From: Podarcis muralis
Lineage: Eukaryota
Reading direction: 5' to 3'
Length of the DNA stretch: 64,000 nt
Assembly: GCF_964188315.1 (NCBI RefSeq)
Contig: NC_135667.1
Coordinates: 8,556,001 to 8,620,000 of the forward strand
Part shown: positions 22,036-34,892 of the stretch, piece by piece
Position numbering within the stretch: the stretch's first letter is position 1
How the letters are laid out: each line of letters starts with the position of its first letter
Translations under genes and position numbers: made by a program
Notes under the pieces: model-generated
The model's database searches: none
What the model was told of the DNA's origin: nothing
The model's input: the letters and a program-made list of their open reading frames with translations, nothing else

Positions 22036-25000
22036 GGTTTTGGTGTCCTCGGGTGTCTTCCCGTGTAAAAGTTGGGGTGTCTAGGCGACGTTTCGACGAG
22101 GTCTCACTCGTCATCTTCAGGCTGGTGCTTTCGGCTTCTTGTTACTGGAACAGAGCAGGATCTCAGTGTTTGAGTTCCTATAAATACTGTTGAAGGTGTG
22201 GTGTATAGCCTCCAATGTTCTGGGCAGAGAGGAGGTTCCCAGGCTAGTGTGCCTTTTCTTCTTTTGTTCCTTAATTACTTGAGGGATATCTTGAGTGATT
22301 TCTTGAGTGATATCCTGAATCCCACTTAGGTGGGTCATTAGGTGTGGATTAGTTGCTCAAGCCTTTGTGTCTTGAACTCTTGAACTTTGTGAAGAGTTTT
22401 TCTGAGAAGATGGCTGTACTGCATTTGGTTGTGCTCTGGCTTGGCTTCGTGTATAGGGGCGAGCTGTGGTTTTGTGGCCTGTGCCAGCCAGATCTGTGTA
22501 GGGGTTGCGGGGGGGTGCAGCATCCGGAGGTGCCACCATGGTTTGCCTAACCAACACGTACTTCATCCACAATGGACAAAGATACAAACAGATAGAAGGA
22601 GCACCTATGGGATCACCCCTCTCACCGGTCATCGCTAACCTGTACATGGAACACTTTGAAACCAATGCTTTAGACAAGTCAGAACACAAACCCAAACTTT
22701 GGCTCAGATATGTTGACGACACCTTTGTAATTTGGCCACACGGGAAGGAAAAACTGGATAGCTTCCTCACACATCTCAACAGCCTACACCCCAAAATACA
22801 ATTCACTATGGAAATAGAAGCCAACAACCAACTTCCCTTCCTTGACGTCCTAATCTACAAAAAACCTGATGGCTCCCTAGGACACACTATCTACCGGAAA
22901 AAAACACACACCAACCGCTACTTACATGCACAATCACACCACCACCCTGCACAAATAAACTCCGTAGCCAAGACTCTCATCTCCAGAACCAAACGCCTGG
23001 CTGACGAAGACCACTTGACAACTGAGTTACAGAATCTCTCAAATGTGTTAATTGCCAATGGATACCAGCAAAACAGGGTTACGAAGCTAATCCAAAAAGA
23101 AACACCCCCCAAAAACCAAGACACAGAAGAAAACAATGGCATGGCCCTCCTTCCTTATATCAAGGGCACTACAGATAAAATTAGCAAAATCCTCCATAAA
23201 CACAATATCAAAACAGCCTTTTGCACCAACCAAAAAATAGCCAATATCCTCAGAAACCCCAAGGATAAAATCCAGTTGGAAAACCAAGGGGTCTATGAAA
23301 TACCCAGCAAAGTCTGCCCAGCCACGTACATTGGACAAACAAACAGACGAATAAATGCACGTATCGCAGAACACAAGAATGCCGTCAAAAAAGAAGAAAA
23401 AACTTCCTCTCTTTTCCAACACATGAAAGAAACAGGACACGAAATTAATTTTGCAGATTCCAAATTGCTCTTTAACATGGAACATCACCACAAGAGAATA
23501 ATCATGGAAGCCATCGAGATAGAGAAACACCCTCACAACATGAACAAGCGTGACGACACATCCCGCTTGCCAGACATCTGGAAATTAGCCCTCCCCACAA
23601 AATCTGACACCAGATCCAGAGGCACACAGAACGCCATCACCAATCAAGCACACCAGACCCAAACCCAGACCCTCTCCACAGATAAATTACAGACACCATC
23701 CAGTAGCCAAACCATGGTGGCACCTCCGGATGCTGCACCCCCCCGCAACCCCTACACAGATCTGGCTGGCACAGGCCACAAAACCACAGCTCGCCCCTAT
23801 ACACGAAGCCAAGCCAGAGCACAACCAAATGCAGTACAGCCATCTTCTCAGAAAAACTCTTCACAAAGTTCAAGAGTTCAAGACACAAAGGCTTGAGCAA
23901 CTAATCCACACCTAATGACCCACCTAAGTGGGATTCAGGATATCACTCAAGAAATCACTCAAGATATCCCTCAAGTAATTAAGGAACAAAAGAAGAAAAG
24001 GCACACTAGCCTGGGAACCTCCTCTCTGCCCAGAACATTGGAGGCTATACACCACACCTTCAACAGTATTTATAGGAACTCAAACACTGAGATCCTGCTC
24101 TGTTCCAGTAACAAGAAGCCGAAAGCACCAGCCTGAAGATGACGAGTGAGACCTCGTCGAAACGTCGCCTAGACACCCCAACTTTTACACGGGAAGACAC
24201 CCGAGGACACCAAAACCTGCATTCCTGTACCCGTGAAAATCTACGAAAGCATATATACATGGAACACTTTGAAACCAATGCTTTAGACAAGTCAGAACAC
24301 AAACCCAAACTTTGGCTCAGATATGTTGACGACACCTTTGTAATTTGGCCACACGGGAAGGAAAAACTGGATAGCTTCCTCACACATCTCAACAGCCTAC
24401 ACCCCAAAATACAATTCACTATGGAAATAGAAGCCAACAACCAACTTCCCTTCCTTGACGTCCTAATCTACAAAAAACCTGATGGCTCCCTAGGACACAC
24501 TATCTACCGGAAAAAAACACACACCAACCGCTACTTACATGCACAATCACACCACCACCCTGCACAAATAAACTCCGTAGCCAAGACTCTCATCTCCAGA
24601 ACCAAACGCCTGGCTGACGAAGACCACTTGACAACTGAGTTACAGAATCTCTCAAATGTGTTAATTGCCAATGGATACCAGCAAAACAGGGTTACGAAGC
24701 TAATCCAAAAAGAAACACCCCCCAAAAACCAAGACACAGAAGAAAACAATGGCATGGCCCTTCTTCCTTATATCAAGGGCACTACAGATAAAATTAGCAA
24801 AATCCTCCATAAACACAATATCAAAACAGCCTTTTGCACCAACCAAAAAATAGCCAATATCCTCAGAAACCCCAAGGATAAAATCCAGTTGGAAAACCAA
24901 GGGGTCTATGAAATACCCTGCAAAGTCTGCCCAGCCACGTACATTGGACAAACAAACAGACGAATAAATGCACGTATCGCAGAACACAAGAATGCCGTCA

Positions 25001-28000
25001 AAAAAGAAGAAAAAACTTCCTCTCTTTTCCAACACATGAAAGAAACAGGACACGAAATTAATTTTGCAGATTCCAAATTGCTCTTTAACATGGAACATCA
25101 CCACAAGAGAATAATCATGGAAGCCATCGAGATAGAGAAACACCCTCACAACATGAACAAGCGTGACGACACATCCCGCTTGCCAGACATCTGGAAATTA
25201 GCCCTCCCCACAAAATCTGACACCAGATCCAGAGGCACACAGAACGCCATCACCAATCAAGCACACCAGACCCAAACCCAGACCCTCTCCACAGATAAAT
25301 TACAGACACCATCCAGTAGCCAAACCATGGTGGCACCTCCGGATGCTGCACCCCCCCGCAACCCCTACACAGATCTGGCTGGCACAGGCCACAAAACCAC
25401 AGCTCGCCCCTATACACGAAGCCAAGCCAGAGCACAACCAAATGCAGTACAGCCATCTTCTCAGAAAAACTCTTCACAAAGTTCAAGAGTTCAAGACACA
25501 AAGGCTTGAGCAACTAATCCACACCTAATGACCCACCTAAGTGGGATTCAGGATATCACTCAAGAAATCACTCAAGATATCCCTCAAGTAATTAAGGAAC
25601 AAAAGAAGAAAAGGCACACTAGCCTGGGAACCTCCTCTCTGCCCAGAACATTGGAGGCTATACACCACACCTTCAACAGTATTTATAGGAACTCAAACAC
25701 TGAGATCCTGCTCTGTTCCAGTAACAAGAAGCCGAAAGCACCAGCCTGAAGATGACGAGTGAGACCTCGTCGAAACGTCGCCTAGACACCCCAACTTTTA
25801 CACGGGAAGACACCCGAGGACACCAAAACCTGCATATATATATATATATATATATAACAGATATATTCAAAGGATAAAATTATACACCATTCTTCAATCT
25901 CCCAAAGCTTCCTTGCCTTTTGAAGGAGTATTAGAATTTACTACCTCATATTCAAGGTCCTTTACAGAGTTGAATTTCTTAGGTTAGTTGTATTGTCGCT
26001 GACATTCATGAGGGTATTTGTCTTTCCATTATTCCATTTATTTTGTGGCTCCTGATCTGGGGGGGGGGGGAACGGGACTCCATGGGAGGAGTTACATCAT
26101 GGTGAAACTCCCTGGGCCAAAATGTAAGTTCAGAAAGTTATGGAGGGATATGGAAATTGGTTGAAATTTGTTGAGGCAGGCAGGGACTGCTACAGTTCAC
26201 GTTAGATAGCACAGAGAAACCTGATATTGTCAGAATGGGGCATTATCCCAGAAAGAGAGGCTGACATTGGGCTAGAAAACCTAAAGAAATAGGAGACAAA
26301 TTTTGCCATCAGCTATGTCTTCCAGTGTGAAGGTAAAACCAGTGACATCTGACTCCCCTTTCTGCAAGATCAATGACTGTCCTTAGCTACAGTAGCCTGC
26401 ACACCTGAAACCTGTAGTTCTAATTTGGAAGAAACTTTCCTGACTCTACCGCAAATGTATACAGTGGTACCTCGGGTTACATACGCTTCGAGTTACATAC
26501 GCTTCAGGTTACAGACTCCACTAACCCAGAAACAGTACCTCAGGTTAACAACTTTGCTTCAGGATAAGAACAGAAATCTTGCTACGGCGGCAGCGGGAGG
26601 CCCCATCAGCTAAAGTGGTGCTTCAGGTTAAGAACAGTTTCAGGTTAAGTACGGGCCTCAGGACCGAATGAAGTACTTAACCTGAGCTACCACTGTACTG
26701 AGAAAAAAGGCTATCTGAATTCATAGGGACATTTGCATAATGGTGTATAAAACTGCAGATTTCAGTTAAATGAAGTGGTGAGCTATTTAAGGAGAAATAG
26801 ATTCGCATTTTTGTTTTTCTTGATCAACTGAGATAGAAATGTCATGCAATAGCAGAGCATCAGGTATGTGAAACTATCATGCAAAGTAGTAATGTCCTGA
26901 TCATTGGACAGTATTGATTTTATTAGCTTAGATATATCAATTACAAATATAACATTTACATTTCAGTTTGAAACAGAAAATGTCCAATATTGTAGTATAT
27001 TCATATTTGTACCTATTTTACTTTATTTACAGTATGGTACCAAAATTTTATCAGCATGTCCTTGCATTGGCATTTGTTGTCAAAGAAGTCAATGAGAATC
27101 CCAACATCTTGCCCAATATCACACTTGGCTTCCACATCTATGACAGCTATTATGATGCAAGGATGACCTACCGTACGACTCTAGACCTCCTCTTCAAAAT
27201 GAGGACATTTGTCCCCAACTACAAATGTGACACCCAGAAAACCCTCATATCCACCATTGGGGGACTTGGCCATGATACCACCTTCCATATGGCAGACACA
27301 TTAGGTCTCTACAAGATTCCACAGGTAAGAAGTATGAAGGGGTCAATGAGAATTTTTTCTTCCTGCCTCTATGGGTTGCTTCCCATAGGTTGTTTGTTCT
27401 AGACGGAGCGGACCTATTGGGAAGTATTCTAGTCAGTAGTTTTACTGAGAACAGACTCATCAAAATGAATGCATCCATCTTAGTTATGATCAATAATTTA
27501 AAATTTAGTTATATACAAGCCTTATATATCATTATCCCATATTCCTTGTAGATTGCTTTTTCTGCTTTATTTCTAGGGATATGCGATTGATCTGGTCACA
27601 GCTCAAATCAAAATGTGCAATTAGAAAGTTTAGAATCTGTTGAATAAAAAGCCAAAAGGTACAGGATGAATGTTTTCCATATAACCTGAAAACATATGTA
27701 CATTATCTTTTAGTTTGCGTATGGTTCATTTCCCCCAGCGAAGAGTGATGCAAGTCAGGTTCCTTCCTTTTACCGCATGGTGCCCAGTGAAGCCCACCAG
27801 TTTGTGGGGATTATCCGCTTGCTTAAGCATTTTGGATGGACGTGGATCGGACTCTTTGCTCTGAATGATAACAGTGGAGAACATTTCTTGCAGACCCTCG
27901 AGCCACTGCTTTCTCAAAATGGAATTTGCTCAGCCTTCACACAAAAAATTCCAAAGGAAGTCCACTTTGATAATGTGGATGAAATGCATCATATAGCTTT

Positions 28001-31000
28001 ACATATGTATATACAAATCAGAGATAATAAGGTCACTACATTTATTGTTTACGGAGAATCTCTGGCAATTATATCACTGAGAATTATTATATTTCTGCCA
28101 GATCCTACAAATAAGAAAAACATATCATTTAAAAAGGTATGGATCTTTACAGCAAGGACTGATTTCATATCTATGGGTCTTCTTAAGGTTTGGAATGTTC
28201 TGCTCTTCCAGGGTTCCCTTTCCTTCACAATCCACTCACAAAATCTTCCAGCATTCAAGGAATTTCTTCAGAGCATAAAGCCTTCCCAGAGCCAGGGAGA
28301 TGGTTTCATTAAAGGCTTTTGGGAGCAAGCATTTGACTGTATTCTTCCCAATTTCAATGCACCAATGGAGGTCAATGGTATGTGTACTGGAGAGGAGAGG
28401 TTGCAGAGTCTTCCAAGGTCTCTGTTTGAAATGAGCATGACTGGTCACAGCTACAGCATCTATAATGGTGTCTATGCTGTGGCTCATGCCTTGCAGAACA
28501 TTTCCTCCCCTAGATCCAAGCAGAGAGCAATGGGAAAAAGTGAAAGATTAAAACTTCAGGATCTGGAACCTTGGCAGGTATTGTTCTGAGAATGAAGAGA
28601 AAAAATATTATCATTATCTGCATGACTTTATCTACCACTGGAACTTAAGACATTTCTGCTTGGTTATCTGATAAAACTATTATTATTTAGAAGTCATCTG
28701 AAGGCAGCCCTGTATCGGGAAGTTATTAATGTTTGATTATATTTTAATATGTGTTAGTAGCCTCCCAGAGTGGATGGGGCGACCTTGCCAGATGGCTGGA
28801 GCATATATAATAAATGATGATTATGATTATGATAAGATAGTTTTCCAGAATATTATCAAGAAATTTAGTTCAGCCACATAAACTGCTGCTAAGACTACAA
28901 TAGCTAAGAATATCTGAATGTTTGGAGAAAAATTTAGTCCATAGTAACTATGATTACACCAACTTATAAAAGAATACATATAAGCAAGCCTAACAGCTCT
29001 ATGGAAAAAAACATAATTTTTGTTATATTTTGGAAAAATAAGTTCAGTTATAATGTCCAAGCTTATGCTGCTTTCACCCTGTAGTAATAGTATTTATTTA
29101 GGCTGTCTTTAATTTCTTTGATTTATTGTTAAAAGAAAAAAATTAGGACTTTATCACATTAGGAATCAGAAGTTCTGTTTAAATGGTATTGCAAATTGTA
29201 TTCACTGAAAAAAATTAATGTTTGCATCTTAAATTGTGAACTTCTTTTCGCCAAATAATATTATTCTTAGAGTTCTTCACCATGCAATAATATAACAGCT
29301 ACAAAAACTACAGTCAAAACAGGAAGGATACCAAGTCCTTTCCTAGAGGCAATTCTCAGCTCTCACCTGAGATCCCTCTTATTTCCTCCCTACCTCTCAC
29401 TTTGGGGAGGCTAATGCTTCCCTGTCTCTCGCCAAGGGCCCGCCATGACCACCCCTATGAAAAGTTAATCCCTGGGCCTTAACAAGGGCCCCACATATAG
29501 GACCTCACAAGAAAAAAAGAAGAAAAAAGAAAAGAGGCAAAGGAGAAAATAAAGGGAAAGGAATATTAGAGATAAATTAAAAAGGCTTCCAAAGCATAAT
29601 AAAATCTCCATCTTTTGTGTCAAAACCACAGATATTTCGCACATGTTCTTTTTTAACTGAAGCTACGTTACTATAACTAAATAAGATTCATGAAGACATT
29701 TTTCTGTAAACCATGGCATTTTATTCAAAATCTCATTTATGCCGTTTCTCATTCAACTCCATATTCTCTTTCTATTAGCTGCACCCTGTTCTTCATGACA
29801 TTTCATTTAACAACTCAGCTGGAGAAACCGTGTCCTTTACTGATCAAAGAGAAGTGGGAGGGGGATTTGACATCATGAACATAGTCACGTTCCCAAACAG
29901 GTCCTTCCTTCGATTGAAGATTGGATGGGTTGATTCTGATGCACCTGATGGAAAAGAATTCATCATTAATGAGGACATGATTATATGGCACAATGATTTT
30001 AACCAGGTCTGGAATCTAGGCAGGGGTGCCAACTTGAATAAAATATTGGCGGGGGGAGGTAAGCCCTGCGCCGATTAATCAGTTGCAAGACGTGGCTCAT
30101 GCACACCTTTTGAATAACAATGCCCATCACCTTTGGGAGAGGGTAGGCGCCTCAATTATTTTATTGAGGTTGTATGTGAAGGGACCTTAGCTGCTAGAAG
30201 TTTGCTCCTATGACTCTAGAGTTTACTTGTAGGCCCCACATTCTCCTACTTATGAGCATAGTGATATACTCCTCCACTGAATTCTTGTTTAAGCTGCTGG
30301 TACATTGGCCTCTTAAGCCTGTGAGGCAGAGTATGGATGATGTTTCAGGTTAACTTGTTTCATTCACTTTGAGTTTGGGGCCTCAAAGACAGTGTGAGTT
30401 TAAAAAAGGCTTACCAAATACTGACAGGCTTAGGAGAGTGACAGAAGATTTGAATATCTGCCACATATGGTATTTCCACTATAAAGTTTCTGATTTCTGA
30501 AAGTTAGTAAACAAAATGACCCTAGATTTATCTGTATTTTTTCTTTTGCCTCTTTCATTCCAGTGTCTTAACAAAAATGGGCTGATGGTTGGACAATGTA
30601 TGAAGCAGTAGTCCTATGCCAATGTTTCTGGGATGAGAGAGCCCTTTCTTATTTGAACTTCAGAAGCTGAAATATTCTTTCAAATATTTATCCCTTCTGA
30701 AATTATTTCCTGTTTATTAATAGGTGATGCCAATTTCTGTGTGCAATGACTACTGTCATGCGGGCTATCAGAAGAAAAGTAAGGAAGGACAGAAATTTTG
30801 CTGCTATGATTGTACTCCATGTCCAGAAGGGAAGATTTCAAACCAGAATGGTATGTGACAGTTTTCATTGTACAAGATTAGCAAGTCTCTGTTGAAAACC
30901 ACACTTTCCCTGCTTGGAGTGGTGTGAATATTTTATTGCTACTTTCCAGTAACACGTCATCAATAAGTTCAAAAACAAAAGAGCCTGGTGAAATCCCAAG

Positions 31001-32889
31001 CTGGAGGATCTGAAAGTAATCCCCCCATCCCCAAAAATAATTTCATTTCATTGTACACATAATTTAAGTGAACCCAGTGCTTATTTTCCCAGTGTGGCTT
31101 CCCCTAAACATTTTGTGTATCTAAGTTTGGCCTCAGTGAGGAGCAATATTTCACTAGGAAAGTAGTGAGTAGGAAAAGGAGAGTACCCCTAAACATTTTT
31201 TTTAGAAAAAAAGCACTGAGTGAACCTGTCAAGTAGTAAAATGGTACAGAAGTTTAGATTTGCAAATGATGTGTATAGTAAGAATGAAACATGCTAGACA
31301 TCATCCAGGGTAGAATTAGGCCAGAACTTTATTCATTATGCTTCAGGGAAGAGGAAATGTCATGGCAGCATTTGCTGTTTGAATGGCATTCCACTTGATG
31401 GTGTAGCTGCATTCGACATCCTTCAGGGTTGGACAAGGTTGGAGCTTTGTATTTGGCAAGACAAGCATTCAGGTTCCCAGTAGGGATCAGTATATGTATG
31501 GGGGGGGAGCAACACTGGGCCCCATCTGTCCAAGTGGCATGCCTTGATCTTTTCATTCTTTACAATCCACCCTTTTGATGTGACTTTCTGTCCATCATTT
31601 TGACAAAGGCTTTAGAATGCCTAGCAATGGCTACTGGCACTTACTGAAGGAAAGGCAAAAACATTCTAACCTGGAGACAAATGAATATGGGAGCAAAATG
31701 CCTTTTCGGGGGGGGGGGGGATCTCTGTTAACTGCCCACCCAAAAAACCAAGGTTCCACTCACTATGTCATCTTGGTGCCACAGCATGGCCACTTAAAAA
31801 AAAATGTAAAAAACCCACAAAACCTCTGTCAGATTCAGCAGCAATGTAATGAGTAATTCAAATATACAACCAGCTCTCTGACAATAAAGAAGGTTCGAAA
31901 TAGATCAACAGGATCAATAATGGCTACATAGTCAGCATAAAACAGAGATGAATTGCAAATGGAGTTTAACTTTCTTCTGTTTGTCAGATACGGCTGACTG
32001 CTTCAGATGCCCAGAAGATCAGTATGCAAACAAGAAGAAAAATGGATGTATCCCTAAAACTATCAACTTTCTTTCTTATGAAGAACCTTTAGGGATCAGC
32101 TTGGCCTCACTTGCTCTTTCTTTTTCCCTGATCACAACATTGGTGCTTGCAGTGTTTATTCAGCACAAAGACACTCCCATTGTCAAAGCCAACAACAGGG
32201 ATCTCACCTACGCTCTCCTCATCGCCCTCATATTCTGCTTCCTTTCATCTTTTCTATTCATTGGACACCCTGGCAAAATGACCTGCCTTCTTCGCCAAAC
32301 AACCTTTGGCATTGTCTTCTCTGTGGCTGTTTCCTGTGTGTTGGCCAAAACCATCACTGTAGTTGCAGCTTTCATGGCCACCAAGCCTGGGTCCAGTATG
32401 AGGAAGTGGGTAGGGAAAAAGCTGCCCAACTCCATTGTCCTTTCCTGCTCCCTCGTTCAAGTGATTATTTGTACTGTGTGGTTGATGACCTCTTCCCCAT
32501 TTCCAGATCAAGACATGCACTTGGTAATGGAAGAAACCATTGTGCAATGTAACGAAGGCTCGGTGACCATGTTTTACTGTGTCTTGGGCTACATGGGCCT
32601 CCTGGCCATTGCCAGCTTCATTGTGGCATTTGCAGCTCGCAAATTACCAGACAGTTTTAATGAAGCCAAGTTCATTACCTTCAGTATGTTGCTGTTTTGC
32701 AGTGTTTGGTTGTCTTTTGTTCCAACTTACCTAAGCACTAAAGGGAAATCCATGGTGGTGGTGGAGATCTTCTCTATCTTGTCCTCCAGTGCTGGATTGT
32801 TGGTCTGCATCTTTGTCCCTAAATGTTACATCATTATTCTGAAGCCAGAGCTGAACAACAGGGAGCAACTGATAAGGAGAAGGATGTAA
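21362..32889 (+). CDS. V2R gene C, 875 aa; exons 21362..21576, 27033..27324, 27714..28577, 29779..30006, 30724..30850, 31988..32889
   Basis: Same motifs and exon lengths as B (215/292/864/228/127/902); GT-AG junctions; open frame. Confidence 0.93.
21834..21985. mobile_element. Penelope-like (Neptune-type) pseudo-LTR remnant with an internal inversion
   Basis: ggtagccgtgttggtctg start; inverted pair tttgttcttggtataagctttcatgtgcatgc / gcatgcacatgaaagcttataccaagaacaaa; same family as 46934-47120. Confidence 0.65.
21902..21939 (+). ncRNA. minimal type I hammerhead ribozyme motif (Neptune-type pLTR)
   Basis: GUAU-CUGAAGA-C-GUGUG(CAUG)CACAU-GAAA-GCUU-AUAC: core, stem II, palindromic stem III AGCU, 4-bp stem I. 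Confidence 0.6.
22031..22545 (-). mobile_element. inverted 3' end (pLTR) of a Penelope/Poseidon-type element
   Basis: Reverse complement of the 3' ~515 bp of the forward copies; abuts (TA)n at 21988-22030. Confidence 0.92.
22538..23896 (+). CDS. Penelope RT C-terminal half plus GIY-YIG endonuclease ORF (452 aa from a junction-created ATG)
   Basis: Open frame from ATG 22538 to TGA; lacks the N-terminal RT motifs. Confidence 0.7.
   Translation: MVCLTNTYFIHNGQRYKQIEGAPMGSPLSPVIANLYMEHFETNALDKSEHKPKLWLRYVDDTFVIWPHGKEKLDSFLTHLNSLHPKIQFTMEIEANNQLPFLDVLIYKKPDGSLGHTIYRKKTHTNRYLHAQSHHHPAQINSVAKTLISRTKRLADEDHLTTELQNLSNVLIANGYQQNRVTKLIQKETPPKNQDTEENNGMALLPYIKGTTDKISKILHKHNIKTAFCTNQKIANILRNPKDKIQLENQGVYEIPSKVCPATYIGQTNRRINARIAEHKNAVKKEEKTSSLFQHMKETGHEINFADSKLLFNMEHHHKRIIMEAIEIEKHPHNMNKRDDTSRLPDIWKLALPTKSDTRSRGTQNAITNQAHQTQTQTLSTDKLQTPSSSQTMVAPPDAAPPRNPYTDLAGTGHKTTARPYTRSQARAQPNAVQPSSQKNSSQSSRVQDTKA
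22544..24255 (+). mobile_element. Penelope-like (Poseidon-type) retroelement copy 1, 5'-truncated
   Basis: RT motifs [10 protein letters not shown] and LRYVDD; GIY-YIG GVYEIP..C...YIGQT; pLTR with hammerhead. Confidence 0.95.
24128..24172 (+). ncRNA. minimal hammerhead-like motif in the Penelope pLTR (also 25741-25785 +, 22081-22126 -, 63126-63171 -)
   Basis: CUGAAGA-U-GACGAG(UGAGAC)CUCGUC-GAAA-CGUC: perfect 6-bp stem II, palindromic ACGU stem III; stem I only 2-3 bp. Confidence 0.55.
24256..25835 (+). mobile_element. Penelope-like copy 2, tandem and more 5'-truncated; ORF runs to 25509
   Basis: Near-identical to copy 1 from YMEHFE onward (offset 1613 bp); ends cctgc+(TA)n. Confidence 0.95.
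26462..26695. mobile_element. Tigger/pogo-like MITE
   Basis: TIR cagtggtacctcggg / tgagctaccactg; TA TSD; empty site in B intron 1. Confidence 0.9.
31075..31218. mobile_element. hAT MITE in intron 5 of C (same site as 16322-16460)
   Basis: Perfect 8-bp TSD agtgaacc; TIR cagtgctt / aagcactg. Confidence 0.85.
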
Positions 32890-33364
32890 ATTCAACCTTC
32901 CTTCTTCTTTCTATTCTATTGTATTGTTATATATAAGGGAGTTTTCTGTAAAAGTGGTTACCTTGAATACATCCTGTGAGGTGATACTCTTTCGTAGGAT
33001 CATTTTGGGATATTTAGGGTTTTGAAATTAAAGCAAATTAAAATGCTCTGTCACCTTAGCTCAGGAGTGAGGAACGACTTGGTGGTGGGCCCTGTTTTTC
33101 GCAGCTGAGTATTCAATTCTCAGGCCATTCCTGGCAAACCACCCCCACCTTATTCTCAGCTGATATCATATGGGACATCATAGGAACTATCAGGAGCTGA
33201 AGGTGAGTTTCCAGATTGTCTCTTCCCAGAAGATCCCCCTGGAGGGATGCTTCCAGCCTTCCCAGCCCCTCAATTTGAAAGTCTTATAAGAAGATTCTGC
33301 AGGAGAAGGACTTTGAGGAACATCATGAGACAGGTCTTTCTAGGAGCATGTGAAACTCCTATGT

Positions 33365-33801
33365 TGAAGGGAAGCTTTGCTTCTACACATTTGCTTCTGC
33401 ACATGAGTACAAACATCTAAGCTGAAGCATTCCTTTCTCATCATCCCAGAATGTTCAGTTCAGTTCATATTGATATCCTGACCTGTTCTTAATCCATGTT
33501 GGACCACATCTATGGAATACAATAGTTATGCCCTGTTAAGTTTTGCTATATCAATCATTAGTTAAGGAGGTTTTCATGCCTGTCCAATTCCGTGTTCCCT
33601 GTGTTCCCTTTCCCAGCCTTTCTTCTATTGATGATTCATGCCTATATGTAACCTTTGCTTTGTACTTGTGTTAACCAATCAGCAACCAGCACATACGTAG
33701 AAATGCATGTAATATTCAATAAAAGAGACTCCTCGAGACTTGCTCGAGAGGTGCCTCCCACATGACGCTCGCTACTCGTCTGTCGTTATTCCAACCCAAC
33801 A
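33365..33801 (+). mobile_element. solo LTR (ERV-like)
   Basis: TG...CA ends; 6-bp TSD ctatgt reconstructs the empty site seen in B (19375-19385); CCAAT and AATAAA (33718-33723) inside. Confidence 0.75.
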
Positions 33802-34642
33802 CTATGTTACTTTGTAAAGTTGTCTGTTGCTCATGAAACCTTGTTGTATTTATTGGACTCAGGTGCAGCTTTTTGGTATGCTTTTATATTTGCCATCATA
33901 TTCTTCTATTATCCTGTTCTGATATTATTTTTGTGATGTTTGATTTTAAAATGTGTCCATTTATCCTTTGTTTATGGCAATTTGCCCACCATTATAAAAT
34001 CATAGCATTGTATGGTTGGAGGAGTCCCTCAGGGTCATCTGTTCCAACCCTTTAAATGATTGAACCTCAATTAAAGCATCCATGACAGATGACAGACAGG
34101 TTAGTTGTCCCATACACCTCTCAAAGACTCATTGCCTTCTGAATCCCAGTGACAGACAGGTTGGTTGTCCCTTCCACCTCTGAAACTTTGTCCATCAAGG
34201 ACTGGGAGAATGATCAATCTGGCCAATTGTCGGGAAATGTTACTGACTTCTGCTTTAGGACAAGAAACTTAATAATAAAAATGAACTTTTGTGGATAGAA
34301 ATGCACTAGGGAAAGGCATTGAAAAGTGTGGAATTAATAGTAGCTTGATTTACTTTCTATTCACTTATAAAAATGTATTTCTTACATGAGACTGATTTAC
34401 CTTATATTATTCTGTTCTGTAATACTGAATTATATTTCTTTCAATAAAGAAACATGTTAACTAAAATTAAGTTTCTGAGTGTCTTCCTTGAACCTTAAAT
34501 GCATTGTTTGCTAATATCAAGCAGGAGTATATATTCTCCTCAATGTGGTGGCGCTTTCTGGGATAATCTAAGATGGTACTGTAATTGCTGAACAATAACT
34601 TTGAAACATCAAAGGCATCCACAATATTTACATTATGTAGGG

Positions 34643-34892
34643 CAATATATGCCCCACAGATTTAAGAACAGGACAGAACAAATCATATGTTTGGATGGTC
34701 CCACAAAAAGAATAATAATACTAATAGTAATAAAAAACAACTTTTATTTATATCCTACCCTCCCTGGCTGAAGCCAGACTCAGGGCAGCTAACATAAAAT
34801 ATATAGCATGGGTATAAAATCAAACAGTAATGAAATTACCTCCTAAAAACAGGTCAGGATCAAATTAAAATCTAATTAGATGGCTTTCCACA
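34643..34892 (+). repeat. 250-bp direct repeat, left copy (right copy 35679-35928)
   Basis: The two copies are identical by eye; single copy at the paralogous site ~19871-20118. Confidence 0.92.

Noticed and set aside
23730-24136. Short ORFs repeated three or four times (MLHPPATP..., MTHLSGIQ...)
   Set aside because: Alternative frames of the Penelope pLTR copies, not a separate gene cassette
24139-24255. Apparent N-terminus [10 protein letters not shown]... of the 456-aa ORF
   Set aside because: pLTR sequence that happens to be in frame with the truncated second copy; it overlaps the hammerhead and is not a native RT N-terminus
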